A DNA stretch of 64,000 nt. It comes from Candidatus Marinacidobacterales bacterium. GTDB lineage: Bacteria > Acidobacteriota > Vicinamibacteria > Marinacidobacterales > DATDRI01. The position numbers and the translations under genes are program-made. Each line of letters begins with the position of its first letter. Within the stretch, counting starts at the first letter, position 1. The DNA is taken from positions 4,448,001 through 4,512,000 of the forward strand of contig OZ245365.1 of the NCBI GenBank assembly GCA_965226495.1. Reading direction: 5' to 3'. Shown here piece by piece: positions 56,125 to 64,000 of the stretch. The notes beneath the pieces were generated by a model. It saw only the letters and a program-made list of their open reading frames with translations, was not told where the DNA came from and did no database searches.

Positions 56125-56158
56125 GAAGCTCAAAGGACCCAACGAGAAGGGACGGACC

Positions 56159-57667
56159 TTGCCTGGTGTAGACAAAGCCAAGGATTCGCGATCGGGCGTC
56201 ACGCTCGCACGGGAAATGGGCCTCCTGGGCCTGATCGCCACGGGCGTTTGCTCCATGGTAGGCGCGGCGATCAACGTCATCCCCGTGATGATCCAGCGGA
56301 GCCTGCCGGGAATCGGCCCGAACGTCCTACCGGCGTTTGCACTCGCTATGATACCGGCGATTCTGGCGGCCCTTGCGTATGCGGCCATGGCCTCCGGGAT
56401 GCCGCGGGCTGGCGGAAGCTACGTATACGTGAGCCGAAGCATTCACCCCTATCTCGGACTCTTGGCGAGCTTCTCCCAATGGTTCGGCCTCTCGGTCGCC
56501 ATGGGGGTCGTTGGATATGTGCTGGTGCCATTCACTCGCGACATCGCGGTGGCGCTCAACTTCCAAGGAGCGGCCGCTGCGCTGGAGACCGGCTTCATAC
56601 GGGTGACGCTTGCCCTGGTATTCGTTTGGACCGCGAGCTTGATCAATCTTTTCGGGATCAAAACCTTCGAGCGCGCGATGATCACCTTGATGATCCTTGG
56701 CTTCGTGGGCGGCGCGATCGTGATTCCGACCGGCTTCATGTTCGACCATGCCGATTTCGTGGCGGCGGTCCAGCAAACCGAAGGAGTAGCCGTCGCGACG
56801 GAAACGGCAACCCCACTGAATCTCTATCTCCTGCTCGCGGCAACGGCGCTGCTCTTCTCATCCTTTATAGGATTCGACTCCATCGCCCAGGCGGGAAGCG
56901 AAGCGAAGAACCCGAACGTCATGCTGCCCCTCGCGATCGGCATCGCGGTGGTGGTCGTCGGCACGTTCTACTTGTTGTTCACCGCCGCCGTCTATCATGC
57001 CGTCCCTTGGTACTTCATCGCGGAGCGTGCCGGTGCAACCGATCTCACCGCCCCGGGCCTCCTCGCCTACCTTCTATCTCCAACATGGTCGGTGCTCATT
57101 CTTGGAGCGGCGACCTTCGCGCTCTTCAACAGTCTCCCCGGAATGATGCTCGCAGTATCACGACTCATGTTTGCCTGGGCAGAGGACGGCGTCTTCTTTC
57201 GACAGGTCGCCGCCATCCATCCCCGCTGGCGCACACCCCACGTCGCCATTCTCCTGAGCAGCGGCATCGCCTCGCTCGGTATCTTGGGATGTCACTTCGC
57301 CGGCGACTTTTTTCTCGGCGTGGACGTTCTAGTCATCGGCATGCTGGTGAATTTCACGCTGGTGTGCCTGTCAGTCGTGTTCCTCGCCAAGCGCAACCCG
57401 AAGCTAGCAGAAGGCCTACGTTTCATGAAAAATCGCTCGGCACAAGTTCTGTTGGGCGGGAGTGGGGCCCTCATGCTGGGGATCTTATTGGTGGCGCAGG
57501 TCATCAAAGATCTAAACGCGGATGTGGATGCCTGGTATTACCGCTCCACCTGGGTTTTCTTGCTCGCGGTGGCGGCGGTGTCACTGTTGTTCTTGATCCG
57601 ATGGAAAGAGCTGAGGCGAAAAGGGGTCGACCTCGACGAGCTCTACTCGACGCTGCCCCCCGAATAG
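56159..57667 (+). CDS. APC family amino acid permease
   Basis: Probable TTG start at 56159; LAREMGL, SMVGAAI, MPRAGGSYVYV, FIGFD, SEAKNP, SRLMFAWAEDG, HPRWRTP. Confidence 0.92.
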   Translation: MPGVDKAKDSRSGVTLAREMGLLGLIATGVCSMVGAAINVIPVMIQRSLPGIGPNVLPAFALAMIPAILAALAYAAMASGMPRAGGSYVYVSRSIHPYLGLLASFSQWFGLSVAMGVVGYVLVPFTRDIAVALNFQGAAAALETGFIRVTLALVFVWTASLINLFGIKTFERAMITLMILGFVGGAIVIPTGFMFDHADFVAAVQQTEGVAVATETATPLNLYLLLAATALLFSSFIGFDSIAQAGSEAKNPNVMLPLAIGIAVVVVGTFYLLFTAAVYHAVPWYFIAERAGATDLTAPGLLAYLLSPTWSVLILGAATFALFNSLPGMMLAVSRLMFAWAEDGVFFRQVAAIHPRWRTPHVAILLSSGIASLGILGCHFAGDFFLGVDVLVIGMLVNFTLVCLSVVFLAKRNPKLAEGLRFMKNRSAQVLLGGSGALMLGILLVAQVIKDLNADVDAWYYRSTWVFLLAVAAVSLLFLIRWKELRRKGVDLDELYSTLPPE

Positions 57668-57688
57668 AAGAATAGAAGGCCAAACTGA

Positions 57689-58825
57689 ATGAGCGAAAAA
57701 GCAGATTGCGTGATCATCGGCGGCGGCATCACCGGCGCGTCCATCGCCTATCAACTTACTAAGATGGGATGCACCGATGTGGTGCTGCTGGAGAAAGACC
57801 ACCTCGCATCCAAAGCAACGAGCGTCTGTCCAGGAGGGATCCGTTCTCAGTGGCAGGATGAGGCGGCGTGCCTCTACGCACGGGAGGCCGTCAAGTTCTT
57901 CGAAAACTTGGACGAAGAGCTGCATCCTGACTTCCCGCTCCCCTTCTATCAAACCGGCTACCTCTTCGTAGCCCACAAACCGGAGACTCTCGAGATCTTC
58001 AAGAAGAACGTCGCGCTCCAAAATAGCCTGGACATTCCCTCCGAGATTCTGAGCCCGGATGACATCAAGAAGATCGTTCCTGAATACAACACCGAAGGCG
58101 TCATCGGTGGTTCTTTCTGCAACAAAGACGGCTTCATCGAAGACTCGGACGGCCTGACGCAAGTATTGGCTCAGCGCGCTAAAGACAAAGGGGCGCGCGT
58201 CGTTCTCGAATCGGCCGTGAGCATCGAGCACACGGGCGATCGCGTGACCGGAGTCAGAACCGCATCGGGGGTGATCGAGGCCGCGAACACCGTCTTGGCC
58301 GCTGGGTGCGATAGTCCTGACCTGGCCAAGCCGCTCGGGCTCGATCTTCCCATCTCGGTGGAGCGGCGTCGCATGCTCTACACCGACCGGCTCGAAAGAA
58401 GAGTGCTCGAGCCTCTGGTCGCAGCGATGGATAAGGGGTGGGCCGGGAAGCAGCTCGTCGATGGCGTGGTGTACATGGGTTATCTACGCGAGGCGGCGGA
58501 AAGCAAGGACGACTGGGCCTACACCGAGCAAGTCGCGGAGATCTTCGTCGACATGATGCCGACACTCTCCGAGATGGGCATCAAGCGACTGGTGGATGGC
58601 TATTACGATACGACACCCGATGCGCACCCCTTCCTCGGGGCGGTGTCGGGCATCGAGGGCTACTACCAAGCGGCAGGGTTCAGCGGTCACGGCTACATGC
58701 TTTCGCCATCCATCGGCAAGGTCATGGCGGAAACGATCCTGGGAAAAGAACCGTCCTTGCCGATGGAGCCATTCTCGTTCGATCGCTTCAAGGAACCCCA
58801 GTCGCAAGACAAGCTGGTGATTTGA
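57689..58825 (+). CDS. FAD-dependent oxidoreductase, DAO / sarcosine oxidase beta family
   Basis: VIIGGGITG, LLEK, GYL, YDTTPDAHPFLG, AAGFSGHGYMLSP. Confidence 0.93.
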   Translation: MSEKADCVIIGGGITGASIAYQLTKMGCTDVVLLEKDHLASKATSVCPGGIRSQWQDEAACLYAREAVKFFENLDEELHPDFPLPFYQTGYLFVAHKPETLEIFKKNVALQNSLDIPSEILSPDDIKKIVPEYNTEGVIGGSFCNKDGFIEDSDGLTQVLAQRAKDKGARVVLESAVSIEHTGDRVTGVRTASGVIEAANTVLAAGCDSPDLAKPLGLDLPISVERRRMLYTDRLERRVLEPLVAAMDKGWAGKQLVDGVVYMGYLREAAESKDDWAYTEQVAEIFVDMMPTLSEMGIKRLVDGYYDTTPDAHPFLGAVSGIEGYYQAAGFSGHGYMLSPSIGKVMAETILGKEPSLPMEPFSFDRFKEPQSQDKLVI

Positions 58826-58833
58826 GGAAGGGT

Positions 58834-61041
58834 ATGAAGAAAACACTAAGCATTTCGCTACTTTTCTACGCCGCAACCGGCGTGGTCGCCGCCACGACCG
58901 GTGTCGCCGCGCAAGAGTCCGAGCGGATGACCATCGAGCGACTCTACTCCATGCCCCGCCTCATCGGTACGGCCCCCGGAGGCTTCGCATGGTCACCGGA
59001 TAGCCAGCGTTTGGCCTTTCTTTGGAACGACGAGGGCTACAACTTCAGGGACGTATGGACGGTAGTCGTACCGGGTGGCGAGCCGGTGCGGGTTTCTGGG
59101 TTCCCGCATCTCGAGCCTCTGGAAACCGACGACGAGATCGGGCGACTAGAGCAAGAAGTACGAATCGAGCGCGATCGCGGCGTGTCGGCGGTGACGTGGC
59201 ATCCGAACGGGCGGCATCTCATCGTGAGCTTTCGGGATGACCTCTACCTCGTAGCCCCTGGTGAAGAACCGCAAATGGTTAGATCGCCCCCGGAAGCGGA
59301 GTCGCGACCGGCGTATTCTCCCGACGGGAAGTATCTAGGTTACGTGTCGGCCGGCGATCTCTGGATGGACGCCACGAGCTACGACGGTCCGAAAAATCTA
59401 ACGAATCTCGCCAGTGAGCACGTCTCGGTCCAGCGGTTCGCGTTTTCTCCCGACGGGAGCTCTGTTGCCTTCATGGAAATCGACCGTACCGACGTGCCAC
59501 GCCGTGGCATTCCGGACTACCTACCCGATGAAGCCGAGATGGATATGGTCTATCGGCCGCTCCCGGGCGAAGAACCGGCCAGCCGTCGGGTAGGCGTCGT
59601 CCCGATCGAGGGTGGAGACATCGTCTGGATGGATCTTGGCCCACGCCGCGTGGATCCCATTTTCGGCTACCACTGGTCCCCCGACGGCACACGACTTCTC
59701 GTCGATACTAGCGATCTGTACGTGAAGGATCGAAGGATCCTTAGCGTGAACGCGGAAACCGGCGAAGCCGAGGTTCTCTACCGCGAGCAAGACCCCAATA
59801 ACATCCAAGCCTCCTGGCAGGTGGAGTGGGCTCCCGACGGCAAAGGCGTCTACTTCATCTCCGACCGCGACGAGGACTATCACATCTACTCCCTCGCTCT
59901 CGGAAGTGACTCACCAAAACGAATCACCCAGGGCGATTGGGCCGTCTTCGAGTTCGCCGTTTTCGATCACGGCGTCTATTTCCTAGCCAACAAGGGACGC
60001 GCCGAAGAACGCCAAATCTTTCGCGTCGATCTCGACGGTGGCGAGACCCAGCAGGTAAGTCACCGGGCTGGCACGCACGAGCCTAGTTACTCCCCCAGCG
60101 GCCGCTTCGCGGCCGATTACTTTTCGAGCGATGGGACCCCTTACGATCTCCTCATCACCGAGCTCGACGGGGGTGACATCGAGAAAGAGCGCCAAGTAAC
60201 TCACTCCCCCATCGAGGAGTTCGCGCGCTATCACTGGGTCACGGCCGAGTACGTCACGTTCCCAAGCGTCGTCGACGGCGTCACGCTGACGGGAAGACTA
60301 ACACTCCCTGCGAACCTGGACCGCGCCAAGAAACACCCGGTCATTGTCGGCTCCGTCTATAGCAACACGGTGCGCAACCAATGGGGAGGCCGGACCGCGC
60401 ACCCCACCTGGGGACTCGATCAGTACTTGGTCCAAGAGGGCTACATCCTCCTCAACGTCAACTTCCGCGGTAGCTCGGGGCACGGGAAAGAGTTTAGGCG
60501 CGGCCATCGGCTCGACTACGGCGGCATCGACACCGAGGACATCTATAGTGGTGTGAAATACCTCGAGACTCTCGGATTCGTCGACATGGACCGCATCGGC
60601 ATTTGGGGCTCGAGCTACGGCGGCCTCCTCACCTGCATGTCGCTCTTCAAGAAGCCGGGTGTTTACAAGGCGGGCGTCGCCGGTGCACCGGCCACCAACG
60701 TTTGGCACGCGACCACCGGGGAGATGCAGGTGATGATGGCCCCCCAAGACCAGCCCGAGGAGTACGCCAATTCTTCGGCCTTCACCAAGGCGGCGGGACT
60801 CGAAGACCATTTGCTGATCATTCACGGCATGAGAGACCGCACCGTCTTGTTTCGAGATTCCGTCGCACTAACCCAGCGGTTGATTTTAATGGGGAAGGAC
60901 GTCGATCTCGTCGCGCTCCCCAACTCCCATCACGGCTGGGATACCGAAGGGAACTATCAAACCATTTTCGCTTTCAACAAACTCATAGAGCACTTCGAAA
61001 GATATTTAGGTAAAGGGCCCAGCATGGAGGATAAAGAATGA
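58834..61041 (+). CDS. Secreted S9 family serine peptidase, copy 5
   Basis: Start MKKTLSIS at 58834 after GAGGAAGG; GSSYGG, HGMRD, SHHG. Confidence 0.93.
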   Translation: MKKTLSISLLFYAATGVVAATTGVAAQESERMTIERLYSMPRLIGTAPGGFAWSPDSQRLAFLWNDEGYNFRDVWTVVVPGGEPVRVSGFPHLEPLETDDEIGRLEQEVRIERDRGVSAVTWHPNGRHLIVSFRDDLYLVAPGEEPQMVRSPPEAESRPAYSPDGKYLGYVSAGDLWMDATSYDGPKNLTNLASEHVSVQRFAFSPDGSSVAFMEIDRTDVPRRGIPDYLPDEAEMDMVYRPLPGEEPASRRVGVVPIEGGDIVWMDLGPRRVDPIFGYHWSPDGTRLLVDTSDLYVKDRRILSVNAETGEAEVLYREQDPNNIQASWQVEWAPDGKGVYFISDRDEDYHIYSLALGSDSPKRITQGDWAVFEFAVFDHGVYFLANKGRAEERQIFRVDLDGGETQQVSHRAGTHEPSYSPSGRFAADYFSSDGTPYDLLITELDGGDIEKERQVTHSPIEEFARYHWVTAEYVTFPSVVDGVTLTGRLTLPANLDRAKKHPVIVGSVYSNTVRNQWGGRTAHPTWGLDQYLVQEGYILLNVNFRGSSGHGKEFRRGHRLDYGGIDTEDIYSGVKYLETLGFVDMDRIGIWGSSYGGLLTCMSLFKKPGVYKAGVAGAPATNVWHATTGEMQVMMAPQDQPEEYANSSAFTKAAGLEDHLLIIHGMRDRTVLFRDSVALTQRLILMGKDVDLVALPNSHHGWDTEGNYQTIFAFNKLIEHFERYLGKGPSMEDKE

Positions 61042-62687
61042 AACGCTCAAGACTTTCCATACTCACAGTCGCGATGGTTGGCGTCTGCCTGCCGGTTTTT
61101 GCGCAGAGCAGCTACGACGACCTAGTGAAGTTCGATCAGGAATTTTTCGAGTTCGCGAAACCCAGGATGCGGTACACGACTCCCAATTACGGCGACCCCC
61201 AGGTCAAGGGCGCCGCCGCCATCCGGGCGCAGAGAGAAGGCCTCGAAAAATTCAAGGAGCGGTTGAGGGGCATGAATACCAGCTCCTGGTCGGTTCCGGA
61301 GAAAGTGGACTACCTGCTGGTTTGGGCCAAGTTGAACGCCCTCGATTTCGCGCACCGGGTCCTCAAACCTTGGGCCCGCGATCCGATGCGATACTACGAC
61401 CGCGTGAGTCGCCTTCCCTTTACCGAAGTTCCGGTTCCCGCCGACAAGGCCGCGGATTTTGAAGCGAGACTCAAGGCAGTTCCCGGCACCATGAAAGAGG
61501 CGGAGACCAACCTCACCGAGGCGAGAGGTGAGCTGGCCGGTCTCGCGATCTTTCATCTCGAGAACTTCGATGGGGTCGGACAGCGTGAGCCCTTCCGCGC
61601 CGCCCCCCCGGACGGCACCATCGGTTGGTACAAGGACCTTTGCGCGCGATTACAGCAAGACGGTTCCGAGCTCGTCGGAGATTGCCAAAAAGCGAGCGCC
61701 GCCGTTGAGGGATACCGCGATTGGTTGAAGGCCAACTTCGACAAAATGCCTTTCTCCGCGGCGGTCGGCAACGATAACTTCAACTGGTATATCCGCAACG
61801 TCCGCCTCCTGCCCTATACGATCGATGACTTGAAGTTGCTGGGAAAACGCGAGCTCGACCGCTTCCGTTGGGCCTACATCGTCGATCGTGCGAAGAACCA
61901 ACACCTACCCGAGCTCGAGCTCACTAAGAGCGCCGAAGAACACGAGGCAAGGACGCGGCTGGCGGAGCTGCAGATACGCGCCACCATCGAACAGCTCGAC
62001 CTCATGACCATCCCCGACTACATGCCGGCAGAGTTCGAGACCGACACTTACTGGAGTCCGAGAGCGGAGACGAGACGGCATTTCTGGGAAGAGTTACAGT
62101 TCCGCAACGCGCTCAACAACCATATCCACGCTTCGATCCCCGGACACCGGTTCGACGCCAAGATTCGCGAGCACGTCACGAATCCGATTCGCAAAACGTA
62201 CCGTGACACACCCCGAGGAGAAGGGTGGGGAACGTATTTAGAGGAACTATTCATTCAGGCGGGAATCACGGACAGCAACCCGCGCGCGAAAGAGCTGAAC
62301 TACATCGCTCTCATCAAGAGGGGGAGCCGCGTCTTCGCCGAGACCGGGATGCACAGTGGCGAGATGACACTCGACGAGGCCAACGAGTACATGGTCCGGT
62401 ACGTACCCTTCATGGAAAAGAACCTAGGACGTTACGACCTCAAGAACTATTTGAGGAGGCCAGGGTCTGGAAGCTCCTACCTCATGGGAAAGATTCAGAT
62501 CGAGCAGCTCGTCTCCGAGCGTGCGCTCCAACTCGGCGACAAGTTCGATCTGGGTGAGTTCCATGACGAATTCCTTTCCAAAGGCATCATTCCGGTTACG
62601 TTGATCCGTTGGGAGATGACTGGCCTCGACGACGAAGTCATGGAGTTGTGGCCGGAGGTGGTTGGGAGCGCGGCCTCGGACGACTGA
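61038..62687 (+). CDS. DUF885 family secreted protein (putative Zn metallopeptidase-like)
   Basis: Signal peptide; HASIPGH, EGWGTYLEE, SYLMGKIQI, FDLGEFHDEFLSKG; ATGA overlap. Confidence 0.88.
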   Translation: MKRSRLSILTVAMVGVCLPVFAQSSYDDLVKFDQEFFEFAKPRMRYTTPNYGDPQVKGAAAIRAQREGLEKFKERLRGMNTSSWSVPEKVDYLLVWAKLNALDFAHRVLKPWARDPMRYYDRVSRLPFTEVPVPADKAADFEARLKAVPGTMKEAETNLTEARGELAGLAIFHLENFDGVGQREPFRAAPPDGTIGWYKDLCARLQQDGSELVGDCQKASAAVEGYRDWLKANFDKMPFSAAVGNDNFNWYIRNVRLLPYTIDDLKLLGKRELDRFRWAYIVDRAKNQHLPELELTKSAEEHEARTRLAELQIRATIEQLDLMTIPDYMPAEFETDTYWSPRAETRRHFWEELQFRNALNNHIHASIPGHRFDAKIREHVTNPIRKTYRDTPRGEGWGTYLEELFIQAGITDSNPRAKELNYIALIKRGSRVFAETGMHSGEMTLDEANEYMVRYVPFMEKNLGRYDLKNYLRRPGSGSSYLMGKIQIEQLVSERALQLGDKFDLGEFHDEFLSKGIIPVTLIRWEMTGLDDEVMELWPEVVGSAASDD

Positions 62688-62751
62688 GACCGTGCCTTCG
62701 GCCGGGCCGAGCTGACAATCGGACCAGTGACTGTGCAGATATTTGGTCTCC

Positions 62752-62949
62752 ATGGCTGAATCGAACGACGCAGAAACCGACGCCTTATTTGAGGCGTTTC
62801 GTCAACAACAGGGCGATGACGAGGCACATGACCGCAGCCTGATCGTCGAGCGACTCCAATGGACGCCGGAAGAGAGACTTGCGGCAAACGCGTCGTTCCT
62901 ACGTTTTTACTTCAGCATTCGTCCCGGAGGCCCGCTAATTCGCGAGTAG
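62752..62949 (+). CDS. Small hypothetical protein (DRSLI...L.WTPEERL motif)
   Basis: 65-aa ORF filling the gap between DUF885 and the BNR gene; acidic N-terminus; resembles small partners of nucleotidyltransferases. Confidence 0.55.
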   Translation: MAESNDAETDALFEAFRQQQGDDEAHDRSLIVERLQWTPEERLAANASFLRFYFSIRPGGPLIRE

Positions 62950-62979
62950 ATGATTACTCTCTCCAGACTGAGGAAACTG

Positions 62980-64000
62980 ATGGCAAAAGTATTTCGGCTG
63001 GGAACCGGGGTCGCGATCGTATTGGTAACCCTCCTCGTGGCTCAGTCCGGCCAAGCGCAAAGCCGGACGGGCGGCCCGATCTCGGATGATGCACTACAAG
63101 CACTCCGCTATCGCTTGGTAGGCCCCTTCCGTGGCGGGCGCGTCAACACCGTCGCCGGGATCCCCGGCGATCCGACGACCTACTATTTCGGCACGCCCGG
63201 CGGTGGGGTTTGGAAGACCACCGACGCCGGCGCTACCTGGAATCCGATTTTCGACGGCCAACCGGTATCGGCGATTGGCTCGCTCGCCGTCGCGGCCTCC
63301 GACCCCAACGTCATCTACGTCGGCTCAGGCGATCCTCGCATCCGTGGCAACGTTTCCCACGGCGACGGTGTCTACAAGTCGACCGATGCCGGCAGAACGT
63401 GGAAAAACATCGGGCTTCCGGACACACGACATATCGGTCACGTCATCGTCCACCCGCGAGATCCGGATCTCGTTTACGTGGCCGCGGTCGGTCACTTCTA
63501 CGGCGAGAACGAAGAGAGGGGTCTTTTTCGAAGTCAAGATGGCGGCGCCAGTTGGGAGAAGATCCTCTACGTCGATTCCAAGACCGGTGCCGTCGATGTC
63601 GCCTTCGATCCGGGCAATCCTCGGATCCTGTTCGCCTCCACCTGGCAGATCGTGAGAACGCCGTGGACTTTCGTGAGCGGCGGGCCGGGAAGCGGTCTCT
63701 ATCGCTCCGCGGACGGTGGCGATACGTGGACGAAGTTGGAAGGCAACGGCCTTCCGGAAGGTGAGCTGGGGAAGATTGGGGTTGCGGTCTCCCCGGCGGA
63801 TTCCAATCGTGTCTTCGCGGTTATCGAAGCGGAAGGGGAAGATGGTGGGCTTTACCGATCCGACGATGGTGGCCGTTCATGGAAAAACATCAACCAACAC
63901 AACGCGCTAACGCAACGAGCCTGGTACTTCATGCGCGTCATTCCAGACCCCATGAACCGGGACGTCGTCTACGTGATGAACATCTACTTCATGAAGTCGG
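62980..64000 (+). CDS. BNR/Asp-box repeat (VPS10/sortilin-like) secreted glycosyl hydrolase-like protein, truncated by the window end
   Basis: GAGG RBS; MAKVFRLGTGVAIVLVTLLVAQSGQAQ signal; GPFRGGRV, GGVWKTTDAGATW, GVYKSTDAGRTW, GLFRSQDGGASW; absent from the ORF track because it has no stop in the window. Confidence 0.92.
   Translation, partial: MAKVFRLGTGVAIVLVTLLVAQSGQAQSRTGGPISDDALQALRYRLVGPFRGGRVNTVAGIPGDPTTYYFGTPGGGVWKTTDAGATWNPIFDGQPVSAIGSLAVAASDPNVIYVGSGDPRIRGNVSHGDGVYKSTDAGRTWKNIGLPDTRHIGHVIVHPRDPDLVYVAAVGHFYGENEERGLFRSQDGGASWEKILYVDSKTGAVDVAFDPGNPRILFASTWQIVRTPWTFVSGGPGSGLYRSADGGDTWTKLEGNGLPEGELGKIGVAVSPADSNRVFAVIEAEGEDGGLYRSDDGGRSWKNINQHNALTQRAWYFMRVIPDPMNRDVVYVMNIYFMKS

Noticed and set aside
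55904-56388. Apparent head-to-head overlap of the S9 and APC ORFs
   Set aside because: An artefact of longest-ORF starts; RBS-supported starts at 56031 (-) and 56159 (+) leave a normal intergenic gap. The same applies to extensions at 7486, 13055, 18161, 32675, 34904, 45437, 46666, 50295 and 58438.
56083-57675. 530-aa same-strand alternative-frame ORF over the APC permease
   Set aside because: Arg/Gly/Pro-rich composition typical of an off-frame reading of GC-rich codons; the permease frame explains the region.

Overview
64-kb, GC-rich (about 60% by eye) bacterial chromosomal segment, most likely Acidobacteriota (Vicinamibacteria-like). This assignment is inferred from tandem Ser/Thr kinase-TolB-propeller paralogs, many secreted amidohydrolases and S9 peptidases, DUF885 and BNR/VPS10 genes, and the intergenic repeat families. 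No rRNA, tRNA or CRISPR array was seen. Left part (1-22.6 kb): M20 dipeptidase; an AT-rich orphan gene; a proline racemase-family enzyme followed by a 37-aa membrane peptide and an SSS symporter; an ECF sigma / zinc anti-sigma-vWA fusion / large secreted-membrane protein operon with a recognisable ECF promoter; a stand-alone HNH nuclease; two kinase paralogs; a Phd/YefM-RelE/ParE toxin-antitoxin pair; and a gene broken by a perfect 208-bp tandem duplication. Right part (22.6-64 kb): a dense catabolic island with a Dpp/Opp-type ABC transporter lacking a binding protein, hydantoinase/oxoprolinase A+B, five secreted S9 peptidases of one non-canonical subfamily, six exported amidohydrolases (several with altered metal ligands), an M23 lipoprotein, two tandem-lipocalin proteins, Nramp-like, MFS and APC transporters, LLM and DAO-family oxidoreductases, DUF885, a VPS10/BNR protein, and a short reductive-dehalogenase-like protein with a small coupled partner at the end of the hydrolase operon. 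This island is the best candidate for an undescribed system: a utilisation locus for modified, possibly N-blocked, D-configured, hydroxylated or halogenated peptides. Several REP-like repeat families sit at gene ends. All calls come from reading motifs by eye; no database searches were run.
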